Of a stretch of 64,000 nt of DNA, positions 28,816 to 39,119 are shown piece by piece (positions within the stretch are counted from its first letter, which is position 1; every line of letters begins with the position of its first letter). The notes under the pieces were generated by a model that did no database searches, had not been told where the DNA came from, and worked only from the letters and a program-made list of their open reading frames with translations. The stretch is from a virus (taxonomy: Duplodnaviria > Caudoviricetes), in IMG/VR virus record IMGVR_UViG_3300028888_000049; one strand, given 5' to 3'. The translations under genes and the position numbers were made by a program.

Positions 28816-30981
28816 TTACTCTAAAACATTACTACTTATTTGTCGTCTTGGATCATTAGTAAATGTATAATCAGACGATTCATATAAAGGAGCTCTTACA
28901 AAATCCATCTTCATACCGCCATTACTTCCGGTACTACCTGAACCACCTTGTCCATTACCACCAAAAGAATACACTTCAATGATTTCATGTATATATAGAA
29001 CTGTGCTGGCAATATTATAAAAAGTATTTTTAAACTCTTCCATAAATGTATCATAGTCTACATCTGGTGGTACTTCAACTGCTACATTACAGTGATTTGT
29101 CGGATACCAGTTAGTAGGACGATCCCATTCAAACCATTCAATCCACTGACCTTTAATTTCATCTGTAACTAATCCATAATCATAATAATCTGTTATTTGA
29201 CTTTCTGTTATAGATCCATAATCTTCTGTAGGCTTATTTGGTCCAGGTTGTGGAACTGCAATATAACCATTATATTGAATATTCAAATTGTTTTCTATAT
29301 TTATTTTTCTTCTAATACCTGCAATTGTAACATAAGGTATTGTAGGATCTGCTGACAACTCTTCATCCGTTACTATTTCTTCAGTCAATACAGAAGTTGT
29401 TCTATAGTCTTTATTATTATCATCTTTTACAAAACACGGTTGAATATAAAAGCCATCTTCATTATGATTTTGACTTGATACTTGACTATAATCATAATGT
29501 TCTTGAATTTCTAATAAACCTTCATAAACTGGTGTATTTGTTAAAATATCATCATTATTAGCTAAAGCACCTACTTGACCATAATCATCTACAGGAAATA
29601 CATATTCCTTTTTATATTCCGCACCTAAATCTTCAGCAGTTCTGAATGTAACATATCTTTGAATAATATCATTAGCATCATTAATATCTTCAATAGGTGT
29701 AAATAATTGTTCAAGTTTTACGATATGAGAATTATTAGCTAATAAATTATATTGGTTATATGAAGCTTTTGTACCTACTTTTTTATAAAAGCTTGTTAAT
29801 TCTTCTAATACTTCATGTCTTTTTTCTAAAGAATAATCATTAATTTTAAATTTAAGACCCATAAACTCTAAAGCTTTATTAATTTCAGTAGAGCTTACGT
29901 TATATAAACTTCTAATATTATTTAATCTTTGTATTTCATCATACGCTTCATCTAATACTACAGTTTGAAATCCTTGTAATAATTCAGGAAGCAATGTATT
30001 ATTCAAATCAAATTGTGATAAATATCTGAGTATAGACCTTGCACTCGGTACTTGACAATACCATTCTGAAGATGCATATAATGTTGTAGAAAATGGATAA
30101 ATGGTCATACATTTAAGATCATATGTTTCAAAATCATCATCTACAACCATTAAACAACCATCTTTATCGACTTCTCTAATAAAAAATCCTTTTCGTAAAT
30201 CATCAATAGCTAATCTAGCGATCGTTTGAAATGTACATATTGTATCATATAATATCGGTAACTTATTTCCAAAATCATCTAATGGACCATATGTAAAATA
30301 ACCTGGAGTTTCTTCAAATTCGTAATTTGTGATATTATTCGGTAATCTATAATATTGAATTACTGTTGAACTATGATCTATTGCAAGATTTATACGAACT
30401 TTATCATCTTCTTTTGTAAGATATTTACGATCTAATAACTTATTATTCATAAAGAATAAATATTTTGTATAATCATAATCAGCTAATGTAAATGTATTAT
30501 TGTAGTAATCATAATTTAAGTCAGCAGTTGTTACTAAACCTTTATATTCTAATTCTGGTGATGTTATAATTATTACATCACTAATTGATTTTTCTGAATA
30601 AATAGATTTTATCAAAATAGAATTATCATTAACAACAGTATATGAAGATGGATCAACATGATAACCATTTATAAACAATAGTATACCAGAAGTTTGCAAT
30701 CCTGATAACGTTTGGTTATGTGTATCCATTCCAGTTATAATAGTATTTGCATTTTTAAGACTTATTTTGTATTCATAGTAATTAAATACATTATTTGCAA
30801 TATATAATACTAATGATTCTTCAATGTCATTTGAAACAGTAACAGTATTTGCATTTAATACATATTGATTTCGCATCATTGCTTTGTTATTATTAAATGC
30901 AAGAGTAGTAACATTTACGTTAGTTACTGTCATTTGCTGATTTGTAAAAATTTTATTTAAGTCAGTTACTGTTTGTACCAT
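28816..30981 (-). CDS. baseplate wedge subunit (gp7-like)
   Basis: follows the gp6-like gene; SFYKKVGT motif. Confidence 0.55.
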   Translation of the reverse strand: MVQTVTDLNKIFTNQQMTVTNVNVTTLAFNNNKAMMRNQYVLNANTVTVSNDIEESLVLYIANNVFNYYEYKISLKNANTIITGMDTHNQTLSGLQTSGILLFINGYHVDPSSYTVVNDNSILIKSIYSEKSISDVIIITSPELEYKGLVTTADLNYDYYNNTFTLADYDYTKYLFFMNNKLLDRKYLTKEDDKVRINLAIDHSSTVIQYYRLPNNITNYEFEETPGYFTYGPLDDFGNKLPILYDTICTFQTIARLAIDDLRKGFFIREVDKDGCLMVVDDDFETYDLKCMTIYPFSTTLYASSEWYCQVPSARSILRYLSQFDLNNTLLPELLQGFQTVVLDEAYDEIQRLNNIRSLYNVSSTEINKALEFMGLKFKINDYSLEKRHEVLEELTSFYKKVGTKASYNQYNLLANNSHIVKLEQLFTPIEDINDANDIIQRYVTFRTAEDLGAEYKKEYVFPVDDYGQVGALANNDDILTNTPVYEGLLEIQEHYDYSQVSSQNHNEDGFYIQPCFVKDDNNKDYRTTSVLTEEIVTDEELSADPTIPYVTIAGIRRKINIENNLNIQYNGYIAVPQPGPNKPTEDYGSITESQITDYYDYGLVTDEIKGQWIEWFEWDRPTNWYPTNHCNVAVEVPPDVDYDTFMEEFKNTFYNIASTVLYIHEIIEVYSFGGNGQGGSGSTGSNGGMKMDFVRAPLYESSDYTFTNDPRRQISSNVLE

Positions 30982-30983
30982 TT

Positions 30984-33900
30984 TTAATACTCTGCTACTG
31001 TTTCAATAACATCAATGTATGAAGAAATTAGTAATCCATTCATTGGAATGTCAACATTATCATTTGGAACAATTACCTTACACCAATTAACATTTGGAGT
31101 AGACATAACAGCTGTATAAATATCAGAAAGCTTGAGTCCTTTACCAATATAATCAGAAGTTACTTCAAATAACTTTGCAACATTGTTTTTAATATTCTGA
31201 ATAATAATACCTGATGTCATAGCAGCTGTCGTATTTAATTCAGCTTTGATTGTAATACCAACTTGAATAATCTCAGGTTGTTTATATTCTAAGAATGTTG
31301 TAAAGTGATTAAATTGTTCGATAATTGGTTGATCAGCTCTATTAATATTTTGTGTATCAATTCTGTTACCAACAAAAGATGCACTCATTTGTAAATTATA
31401 ATTTGGAGTAATAATTATACTTGCACCATTACCAAGTCTCCATTCACCATTTGATAAATAACCAGACATAGGTGTATTTTTAAGACGTAATTTAAGACCA
31501 GCGCCAAGTAATAATCCACCACCGTTTGGACTTGAAACTAATTCTGTCTCATATACTGTATTACCACCAAGTGCAAGACCTAAAGTTTTATTATAATCTG
31601 ATAAAATAACAACAGATGTGACATTACCAAGATTATCTGAAGAAACACCTGTTACTCTAAATCTAATACCAGTATATTCAGTCTCACCATTTTGTTTTAA
31701 AACTACTTCTACAATATCATTTTGTTTATATTTTGTACCTTGAACTTCACCAATAGTAGTATCAATTCGTCCAGTTGTAGAAGAACCAGTTTCATAATGA
31801 TCTATTCTATAAACGATAGTACTATCTAACGATACAGGTGCTGTAGTTCTGATCATTTCTGTACCAGTTAAAGCGGTATTATCTTCACCAATTCTTACAT
31901 TAAATATACCATTATCGACGTTTACTAAATCAACATAAAATGGAATTTTTGTATTTTCATTTTCGAATACATAAGCTAAAATATTACCATCTCTATATCC
32001 ATTTTCTTTAGTAATACCACTTAATTGAGTTGTATAATAATACATAGGTAATTTATCTGTATTAATAAGTTTTTCACTTATTTTTGTATCTACAGCCATA
32101 CCTGCATTATCACCAGCAGCTTCTGTATCTGGATATCTTTCGTTACTTGGACCAATATCTCCTTCTTGTGGAAAGATAATTCTAAATTTACTATTATCTG
32201 CATAATATAAAACAGAAGCATCTTCAGAATACATAACTTTCATTTTATTTAATGTTACAAATTTTAATCCTTTAAGATTATCCTCTGTTGAATAAAATTC
32301 AATTACATAATATCTATAACTATCAAATTCAGGATTACCTTCACTGTCCATTGTACCTCTAAAACAACTTGTAGGATACCAATCTGACCAGTTATCATTT
32401 GTATTATTATAAGGACTTACTAAATCTTCTCTTTCTGATAATTTTACCCAGTCTTTACTATTACGGATATTACTTAAAGATGGCATTGGTGTAACATTAG
32501 TACCAAAAATACACATTGTAGAAGGATAAGGACCTTCTGAAGGATTTTCTGCTCTAAATTTAACGCCTGCTATTGATATATTTCTATTTGAAAATGTAGA
32601 GAAATCAAATATAATTTGAACAGGTTGTAATAACGTTGGTTCTCTTAAGCTCTGATAATATTTTAAGTAGCTCATATCTGAGCGAGCATTCTGAATAGGA
32701 TCTGGGAATGCTTCTGTAATATTAGAATCTGTAATATCATTTGTATAAACTACTGGAGAACCATCCATCTCTGTCATAGCTATTTTAACAGTTAATCCTG
32801 TACCATTTCTTGAACCAGACGAATATGTTGTTGCATATTCATTACCGGTAGGATATTCCATTCTAGCTCTATATTTTACAAGTTTAGCTTCAGTAACTGA
32901 ACCATTCAAATCTACATTGATAACACTAACGTATAAGTCGTTGTTAGTTCCAGTTAAGATTAAAACATCACCAATTTGATAGTTTTGTCCTGGATTTACT
33001 ATACTTGCTAATCTTGCATAATACATCTTCATCATAGTATTCTTCCAATCTTCTAGAATACTATCTCTAGGATCTTGGCTATTATCATTTATAAATAAAT
33101 ATCCTTTAGCACCAGTATCCTGAATTAATACATTAGCAGTAGTATCTTTTAAATTTTGAATTCTGAATGAAAATGATCCATAAAAGCCTCTTTCACTATA
33201 AAGACCACTATCTAAAACATCTTCTTCCATAATTTCATTAATTGCAAAATATGGATATTCTTGGAATGATTTAATACCTGTATAATAAACCATATTCATC
33301 ATTAAAGCATCATAAGCACCTATCTTATCAGCTTCTTCGTATTCTCCCCAAACAGAAGATGTAATGTAACCACACTTATTCTGTAAAAGAGCATTGTAAT
33401 CTTGTCTACGAACAGCTCTATGACCAGATGCAAAAATATATGGTGAAGTCTGACTTAATACATCTAATGACTGTCTTCCAAAACCACCATAAGCAGTTGT
33501 AATTGTTTCAATATCTACATTTAATACATCTTGATTACCATAGTTATCAGAAAATACTAATTCTGAAGCCAATGCACCTGATATATTCTTTTCTTGTATA
33601 TTACCATCTGTACCTTCATTAGATACATATTTAATTCTTACAGCACTTCCAGACGTTGGTAAACTTGCAAGCTGATTATCACCAAATTTAATATAGCTAC
33701 GACCATCAGAATCTGTTCGTAATACAACAGTCTTCATTACTGAAGAATCTAATACATAATTCTTATCATATTCTAAGAAAGAATCATCAACATTCCATTC
33801 TTCACCATTTACATATACTTTAATATAGTTATGATTACATTTCCAATTTGAACTAAAATAAATCTTTTCGTTTGGAATACCAGATGTATATTTATTAACC

Positions 33901-34343
33901 TCTATCATTTCACCTTGTACTAATACAATCTCACTCATTGTAGATACATTAGCCGGTAACATAATAGCAGAAGGGTTAAAGAAATTCTTATTTTGAATAA
34001 TAAATTGAGTTTCCGCAGGAATGGTTGTTGCAATACCTATAAAATTATTTTTAGTAATCTTAACTTGTACTTGAGAAGAAACATTACCATGTAAACTATT
34101 TCCTAAAGTCTCAGCTAATTGATAAATAGCAGCTTCAGAAAATGCAGTTGGACAGTATACATTTGCTAAAGACGAAACGATGGTATATTGTAGCATCGCT
34201 CCGTATGCAGCAAATACGTTTAATAATGCTTGACCTGTATCTGAAGGAAATAATGCTTGAAATGAAGGAGCATCCGCATTCCATTGCTCTGTCAAAGCAC
34301 TCTTTAAACTGCCAACATCATATATAATATTATCTAATTTCAT
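30984..34343 (-). CDS. baseplate wedge protein (T4 gp6/baseplate J-like) with large insertion
   Basis: TA...AIYQLAETLG, IKFGD, Y.SNEG..GN, RAV...DY motifs. Confidence 0.85.
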   Translation of the reverse strand: MKLDNIIYDVGSLKSALTEQWNADAPSFQALFPSDTGQALLNVFAAYGAMLQYTIVSSLANVYCPTAFSEAAIYQLAETLGNSLHGNVSSQVQVKITKNNFIGIATTIPAETQFIIQNKNFFNPSAIMLPANVSTMSEIVLVQGEMIEVNKYTSGIPNEKIYFSSNWKCNHNYIKVYVNGEEWNVDDSFLEYDKNYVLDSSVMKTVVLRTDSDGRSYIKFGDNQLASLPTSGSAVRIKYVSNEGTDGNIQEKNISGALASELVFSDNYGNQDVLNVDIETITTAYGGFGRQSLDVLSQTSPYIFASGHRAVRRQDYNALLQNKCGYITSSVWGEYEEADKIGAYDALMMNMVYYTGIKSFQEYPYFAINEIMEEDVLDSGLYSERGFYGSFSFRIQNLKDTTANVLIQDTGAKGYLFINDNSQDPRDSILEDWKNTMMKMYYARLASIVNPGQNYQIGDVLILTGTNNDLYVSVINVDLNGSVTEAKLVKYRARMEYPTGNEYATTYSSGSRNGTGLTVKIAMTEMDGSPVVYTNDITDSNITEAFPDPIQNARSDMSYLKYYQSLREPTLLQPVQIIFDFSTFSNRNISIAGVKFRAENPSEGPYPSTMCIFGTNVTPMPSLSNIRNSKDWVKLSEREDLVSPYNNTNDNWSDWYPTSCFRGTMDSEGNPEFDSYRYYVIEFYSTEDNLKGLKFVTLNKMKVMYSEDASVLYYADNSKFRIIFPQEGDIGPSNERYPDTEAAGDNAGMAVDTKISEKLINTDKLPMYYYTTQLSGITKENGYRDGNILAYVFENENTKIPFYVDLVNVDNGIFNVRIGEDNTALTGTEMIRTTAPVSLDSTIVYRIDHYETGSSTTGRIDTTIGEVQGTKYKQNDIVEVVLKQNGETEYTGIRFRVTGVSSDNLGNVTSVVILSDYNKTLGLALGGNTVYETELVSSPNGGGLLLGAGLKLRLKNTPMSGYLSNGEWRLGNGASIIITPNYNLQMSASFVGNRIDTQNINRADQPIIEQFNHFTTFLEYKQPEIIQVGITIKAELNTTAAMTSGIIIQNIKNNVAKLFEVTSDYIGKGLKLSDIYTAVMSTPNVNWCKVIVPNDNVDIPMNGLLISSYIDVIETVAEY

Positions 34344-34355
34344 ATTCTATTCTCA

Positions 34356-34730
34356 CTAACTATTTTGTATAACAGCAGAAGTTGTAGAAGATACATCATT
34401 CAATGCTGGTACACTAAATGTACAATTTACTAAAAATGTATTGTAATCTGTCTGTACTACACTTATATTAGATGGACTTATAGAAATTCTAGGTTCCCAC
34501 TTAACAATATCTTGATATAAAAATGTAATAACATCAGCAGGATCAAGCTTTAATTCAAAAAGAAGAGCTGTAAGTGAAGTTCCATATTCTCTATTAAAAG
34601 GTACAGATCCTTTAGGTGTAGTTAATAATCTCATTAAATCGCGTTTTATAGCGATAAGATCTGTTACAACACTGTCAGTTTCATCTTCAGTAGTCCAAAA
34701 ATATGGATTTAAATCTCTAAAAGTACTCAT
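34356..34730 (-). CDS. baseplate wedge gp25-like protein
   Basis: LLTTPKGSVPFNREYGTSL...WEPRI. Confidence 0.92.
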   Translation of the reverse strand: MSTFRDLNPYFWTTEDETDSVVTDLIAIKRDLMRLLTTPKGSVPFNREYGTSLTALLFELKLDPADVITFLYQDIVKWEPRISISPSNISVVQTDYNTFLVNCTFSVPALNDVSSTTSAVIQNS

Positions 34731-34821
34731 TTATAAAATCATACAAGGAAAGTTAATATTTATATCACTTTCTTATTAGAACTTATAATATTCTCAATGA
34801 GTTTTATAAAAAGAATTAAAA

Positions 34822-35790
34822 TTATTCAACACCTGTTATAATACCATTTGTTATCTTAATTCCATTAATATCTCTATTATTAAAAGTTAAGTTATATGTA
34901 AAATAGTAATAATTTTTACCATCTACTCTATAAGTATTATATGTTGATTTTAAACCAAAAGTTCCAGTCATTCCATTTTCTTGTGCTGCTGACATAGCGT
35001 CTGCACCTTCTACTAAAGCTTCTGCTTGTGCTGGTGTAGGAGATGAACCACCACCGCCTCCGCCTCCTCCAGCTCCGACAATTATACCATCTACAATATT
35101 TAAGGCACCAGAAGTTCCAGGAAATGTATCTATAAATACTCCTGTATAACCATTAGTAGAATGTAATTCTGCCGTAGCTTTAGCTTGTCCAGTAATATCT
35201 TTTGATACATTTAATGTACCTGTAACTGATGTTGAAGAGGAATCTATTGTCGTTGTACTAGCTTTAAAAGTATTAGATGTAGCAGAACTTATTGTTGTTG
35301 AATTACCTGTATTTATTGTTGTATTATTTCCTATATTTGCAGATAAATTATTTACTTTATCTACTTGAATATCTCCAGAAAATAGCATTTTAAAAACGCT
35401 ATTAATCTTATCTACACCAATAAATTGACCATCTGCCCTATAAATACCATAACTTCCTGTATAATCGCCAGATGTAGGAGTTACTGATGTCTTTTTATAT
35501 AATGTTCCAAGATATAATAATGAATTAATATTATTTCCAACCGCTAAACAGAGTACTTTACTTCCTATTTCTGGTATACTATGAGATATATCTGATCCAT
35601 CCATGCCCATAAAAGATGAATCTAACTTTCCTGCCCAAGGTAAATTAGAATCAGTAATAGTATCATGTATTACTTGTATTCTTACTTTAACACGATAGTT
35701 ATACGTAGGATCTCTATTATCAACTACAGTAGCTACAAAAAATGGATTTGTAAAATCATCTGTTACTGGAAAAAATGTTTGCATAGTCAA
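34822..35790 (-). CDS. central spike gp5/gpV-like protein
   Basis: VVDNRDP...RVKVRI...LPWA...IPEIGS OB-fold followed by beta-helix repeats; no lysozyme domain. Confidence 0.85.
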   Translation of the reverse strand: MTMQTFFPVTDDFTNPFFVATVVDNRDPTYNYRVKVRIQVIHDTITDSNLPWAGKLDSSFMGMDGSDISHSIPEIGSKVLCLAVGNNINSLLYLGTLYKKTSVTPTSGDYTGSYGIYRADGQFIGVDKINSVFKMLFSGDIQVDKVNNLSANIGNNTTINTGNSTTISSATSNTFKASTTTIDSSSTSVTGTLNVSKDITGQAKATAELHSTNGYTGVFIDTFPGTSGALNIVDGIIVGAGGGGGGGGSSPTPAQAEALVEGADAMSAAQENGMTGTFGLKSTYNTYRVDGKNYYYFTYNLTFNNRDINGIKITNGIITGVE

Positions 35791-35863
35791 TATTCTCTTA
35801 TTATAAATTCTTATTATTTAGAACTTTAAAATATTCATTTCTAGACATTTTAACTTTCCTCTT

Positions 35864-37012
35864 TTAATAAGTCTCTTGTACTGATGTAAATCCATTTAAT
35901 CCTTGCATTACTAGTTCTATGTTCGATTTAATTGCAGCTGTTGTAATAATAACGTGGATAGCATCTATCATAAATGTTCCAGATAGAGCTTTTAATTTAT
36001 TTTTGCTATCCATAGAATCTGTATATTCAAAACTTACAATTTGTCCTAATCTATAAGCCTGTAAAAATTCTGTTCTTAATATTAAGTATGAAGAATATGT
36101 TGCTAAAATACGTTTATTTTGCTTATATGCAGTGTAATAATTCTTATGAAAATTGCCTATATCAAAAGGAAAGAATTGTTGTGCCAATCCTTGTGATAAT
36201 TCTTTAGAAATATTAAGAATTTTACTTTCTGCAACTACTTTTTTAGCTGAAAAATCAACATTTTTATAATCTATTAAACTGAAATAGCTATCAGATCCAC
36301 CATAACCTTCATTTCGAATGTTATTAGTACCAGATTGTAATGAACCTTGAACAGTAGAATATGAAAATTCTCGTTTTTCAACAGATGGTAATGATGTTTG
36401 AACAAATTTCCATATTTTATCTGATCTATTTCTAAAAAGAGCTGTTAAATTCTTATATAAAAGTCTTTTTTGTCGATCAAAACACCAGAACATAGCCGAA
36501 GTTTCATCTGCCCATGCATATTGTGACATACTTGTCATAAAATTGTATAAACTATTCTCTCCAGCAACCCATAATTGTGTATCATTTGTATTATCTATAT
36601 CACTTTTTAATCCATTTTGGTCTGCAATAGTCTTAAAAATATGTGAAGTTTGAGAACATGAATTATATATATTACCAGATCTATATCCTGGATAAAAATC
36701 AAGTACTCCATCAACTAATACATGAACAAATTCTTGAGCTAATGTTAATTTTTCTATATTAAAGACTCTAAAAAGATATGATTCATCAAAATTATAATCT
36801 TTTGACTTTAAATGTATTTTAATTAATGATCCATCTACTAACGATCTATCATCAATCCAACCAATTGGAACTGTCATTTCAAGCTTACACGTAGGAATTG
36901 GATTATTTATTGCTTCCCATATATCAGCTTTCATCAAAACACATCCAGGTGTCTCGAATAAGTTCAAATTATCAACAAATATATCCAAATCATATTTATT
37001 CTGTATACGCAT
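35864..37012 (-). CDS. baseplate hub (gp27-like)
   Basis: size, position upstream of gp5, LSGTFMIDAIH C-terminal motif. Confidence 0.65.
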   Translation of the reverse strand: MRIQNKYDLDIFVDNLNLFETPGCVLMKADIWEAINNPIPTCKLEMTVPIGWIDDRSLVDGSLIKIHLKSKDYNFDESYLFRVFNIEKLTLAQEFVHVLVDGVLDFYPGYRSGNIYNSCSQTSHIFKTIADQNGLKSDIDNTNDTQLWVAGENSLYNFMTSMSQYAWADETSAMFWCFDRQKRLLYKNLTALFRNRSDKIWKFVQTSLPSVEKREFSYSTVQGSLQSGTNNIRNEGYGGSDSYFSLIDYKNVDFSAKKVVAESKILNISKELSQGLAQQFFPFDIGNFHKNYYTAYKQNKRILATYSSYLILRTEFLQAYRLGQIVSFEYTDSMDSKNKLKALSGTFMIDAIHVIITTAAIKSNIELVMQGLNGFTSVQETY

Positions 37013-37013
37013 A

Positions 37014-37436
37014 TTAGTTCAGCTCTATTACACTTCCAATTCTACTATCGTTTTCCATTTCAATATTACTATCTACATTATTATTAGAATTGTTATTATT
37101 AGATGTTTCTACAAAGTTTTTAATAGTATTGATTGAATCTATTGTATATACCCAATTTGCTTTAATACCTTCTAATGCATCAGCTTGTCTATTAAATAGT
37201 AATAACCACCACCAATACAATTGTGAACCATAAGATGACTTTAAAGCAACTAAATCTGGAAAACCTGCTTCTTCTTCTGAAACCAAATATTTTTGAATAC
37301 CAGTATTGTCTAATTGATAGTCTTTAAATACTTTATGTAATTTATTTAATCCAACATTTATATCTGTTACAGATACTCCATTATTATCAATAACACGATC
37401 TTCAAAAAATGAATCAAAACTTACACCAGCTGTCAT
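37014..37436 (-). CDS. gp53/LysM-like baseplate protein
   Basis: PDLVA...YGSQLYWWWLLLFN. Confidence 0.7.
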   Translation of the reverse strand: MTAGVSFDSFFEDRVIDNNGVSVTDINVGLNKLHKVFKDYQLDNTGIQKYLVSEEEAGFPDLVALKSSYGSQLYWWWLLLFNRQADALEGIKANWVYTIDSINTIKNFVETSNNNNSNNNVDSNIEMENDSRIGSVIELN

Positions 37437-37447
37437 TTTACTATCCT

Positions 37448-39022
37448 TTATTCATTTGGTTTTATTTTAACACTTACATTTGAAGCAACATTTTGTACTG
37501 TTTCAGTAGCTAAAACACTTACTTTATCTGCAGCTAAACCGGTAACTTTACAAACTAATGCATTACCACCCATATTTTTTGTAACTGCGTTATTAATAGC
37601 ACTACTAATAGCTCCTGAAGCAGCATCTGCACCAAAACTTAATCCATCTTGAACACATGACTTTAATGTACCTTTTGTATCACCATCTGCTCCAAAATAA
37701 TCTGCTACTTTATCAATACCACTATCAAGATGTTCACCTAACCAACTAGAAGATGATTGAATAGCATCAGAAGCTGTTGAACTTGCTTTTCCATACCATT
37801 CTTTAGTAGTACTTACTGCAGAACTAGCCCAACCACCAACAGTGTCACTCGCTTTAGAAATAGCACCTCCTGTTAATCTATCTGCAGCTGATATTCCACC
37901 TCTTATTAAATTTTTTGCACTATTAAGTGCTGTCACTGGATTTTCTACGTTAACAGAACCTTGTCCTTGATCTTTTTTAATCCAAAGCATTTTTGAATAT
38001 GATTCAGATGTAAGATTTTCAATAGTAGATACGTTAATTACTAAATAAGCTAACAAAGGTGTTAAATGATCTGTACCTATATCACCCGCAGCAATAGCTT
38101 TATTATAACTATGTCTTATCTGTCCCTTGGTATTAGGATATTCAACATTTACACTTTCTACAATAATATCTTCTACCATTAACATACCACCTAATTGTAA
38201 GGTAATATGTCCAGGTTCTGTTGAAAAATTCCAATCTTTAGAAAGGAAATCTAAACCTTTTTTAAGTAAACCACTTTCAAACTGAGATTTAGCCTTTTCA
38301 TCTAAACCAGCTGCGTATTCTTCACTCATATGACTCCAGTTTCCCTGAAAGTTTAAAGGTGAAGGTGGAGGATTATAAAAACCCATTGTTCCTACAGAAC
38401 TAGGTAAACATAAACAACTTAAAAATTCTAAAGCTTCAGCTAAGTTAGTATAAAGTCCAGTTTTTCTATCTTCTACGTTATAACCATCATCTATAACTGG
38501 TATTCTTAAACTTAATTGTAAAGGAGTAGATCCATTCCATACTTTTAATGAAGACACTCTGTTAACACCTGAAGTAACAGAACCAAACGCACTTTTACCT
38601 AATGTTTGCATAGCTAAGTTAAAAGATGCATCTCCAAAAGACAAAGGTTGTTCCCAACTAGATCCTATTCTATAACTTACACTTTCTGGTAAATTTGCGG
38701 AAATAATATGTAAATTTCTATCACTTGATAAACCATTCGTAACTTTAGTATGATGTCTCATTTTATAAAAATCACGAACATATATTCTAGTCTGATGAAA
38801 TTGACGTAGCCACTTATCATTACAATCACGCTTATCCATAACTAAACCAACGTTAGATAAATCTAAGCATTTATGATAATAAATACTATTTGTATTAATA
38901 GATTGCTGAAAAACTGCCGAATTTTTAGTATTTACACTATTATTAATATCATTCGGATGAGCTGGATCGCGTCTATTGTTAGCTGCTCCACTTGTATATT
39001 CATATTCAACAGTAACTGGCAT
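37448..39022 (-). CDS. tail tube initiator (gp48-like)
   Basis: LPESVSY, PPP...LQLG...IVESVNVEY; position after the tape measure-like gene. Confidence 0.55.
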   Translation of the reverse strand: MPVTVEYEYTSGAANNRRDPAHPNDINNSVNTKNSAVFQQSINTNSIYYHKCLDLSNVGLVMDKRDCNDKWLRQFHQTRIYVRDFYKMRHHTKVTNGLSSDRNLHIISANLPESVSYRIGSSWEQPLSFGDASFNLAMQTLGKSAFGSVTSGVNRVSSLKVWNGSTPLQLSLRIPVIDDGYNVEDRKTGLYTNLAEALEFLSCLCLPSSVGTMGFYNPPPSPLNFQGNWSHMSEEYAAGLDEKAKSQFESGLLKKGLDFLSKDWNFSTEPGHITLQLGGMLMVEDIIVESVNVEYPNTKGQIRHSYNKAIAAGDIGTDHLTPLLAYLVINVSTIENLTSESYSKMLWIKKDQGQGSVNVENPVTALNSAKNLIRGGISAADRLTGGAISKASDTVGGWASSAVSTTKEWYGKASSTASDAIQSSSSWLGEHLDSGIDKVADYFGADGDTKGTLKSCVQDGLSFGADAASGAISSAINNAVTKNMGGNALVCKVTGLAADKVSVLATETVQNVASNVSVKIKPNE

Positions 39023-39119
39023 TTACTTTAACCGCTTATAAATTTTATAAATAATTGAAAACTTTCTTATTATTTAGAACTAAAATCTTAAGTACATATT
39101 ATAGATATATCAGCTTAAT

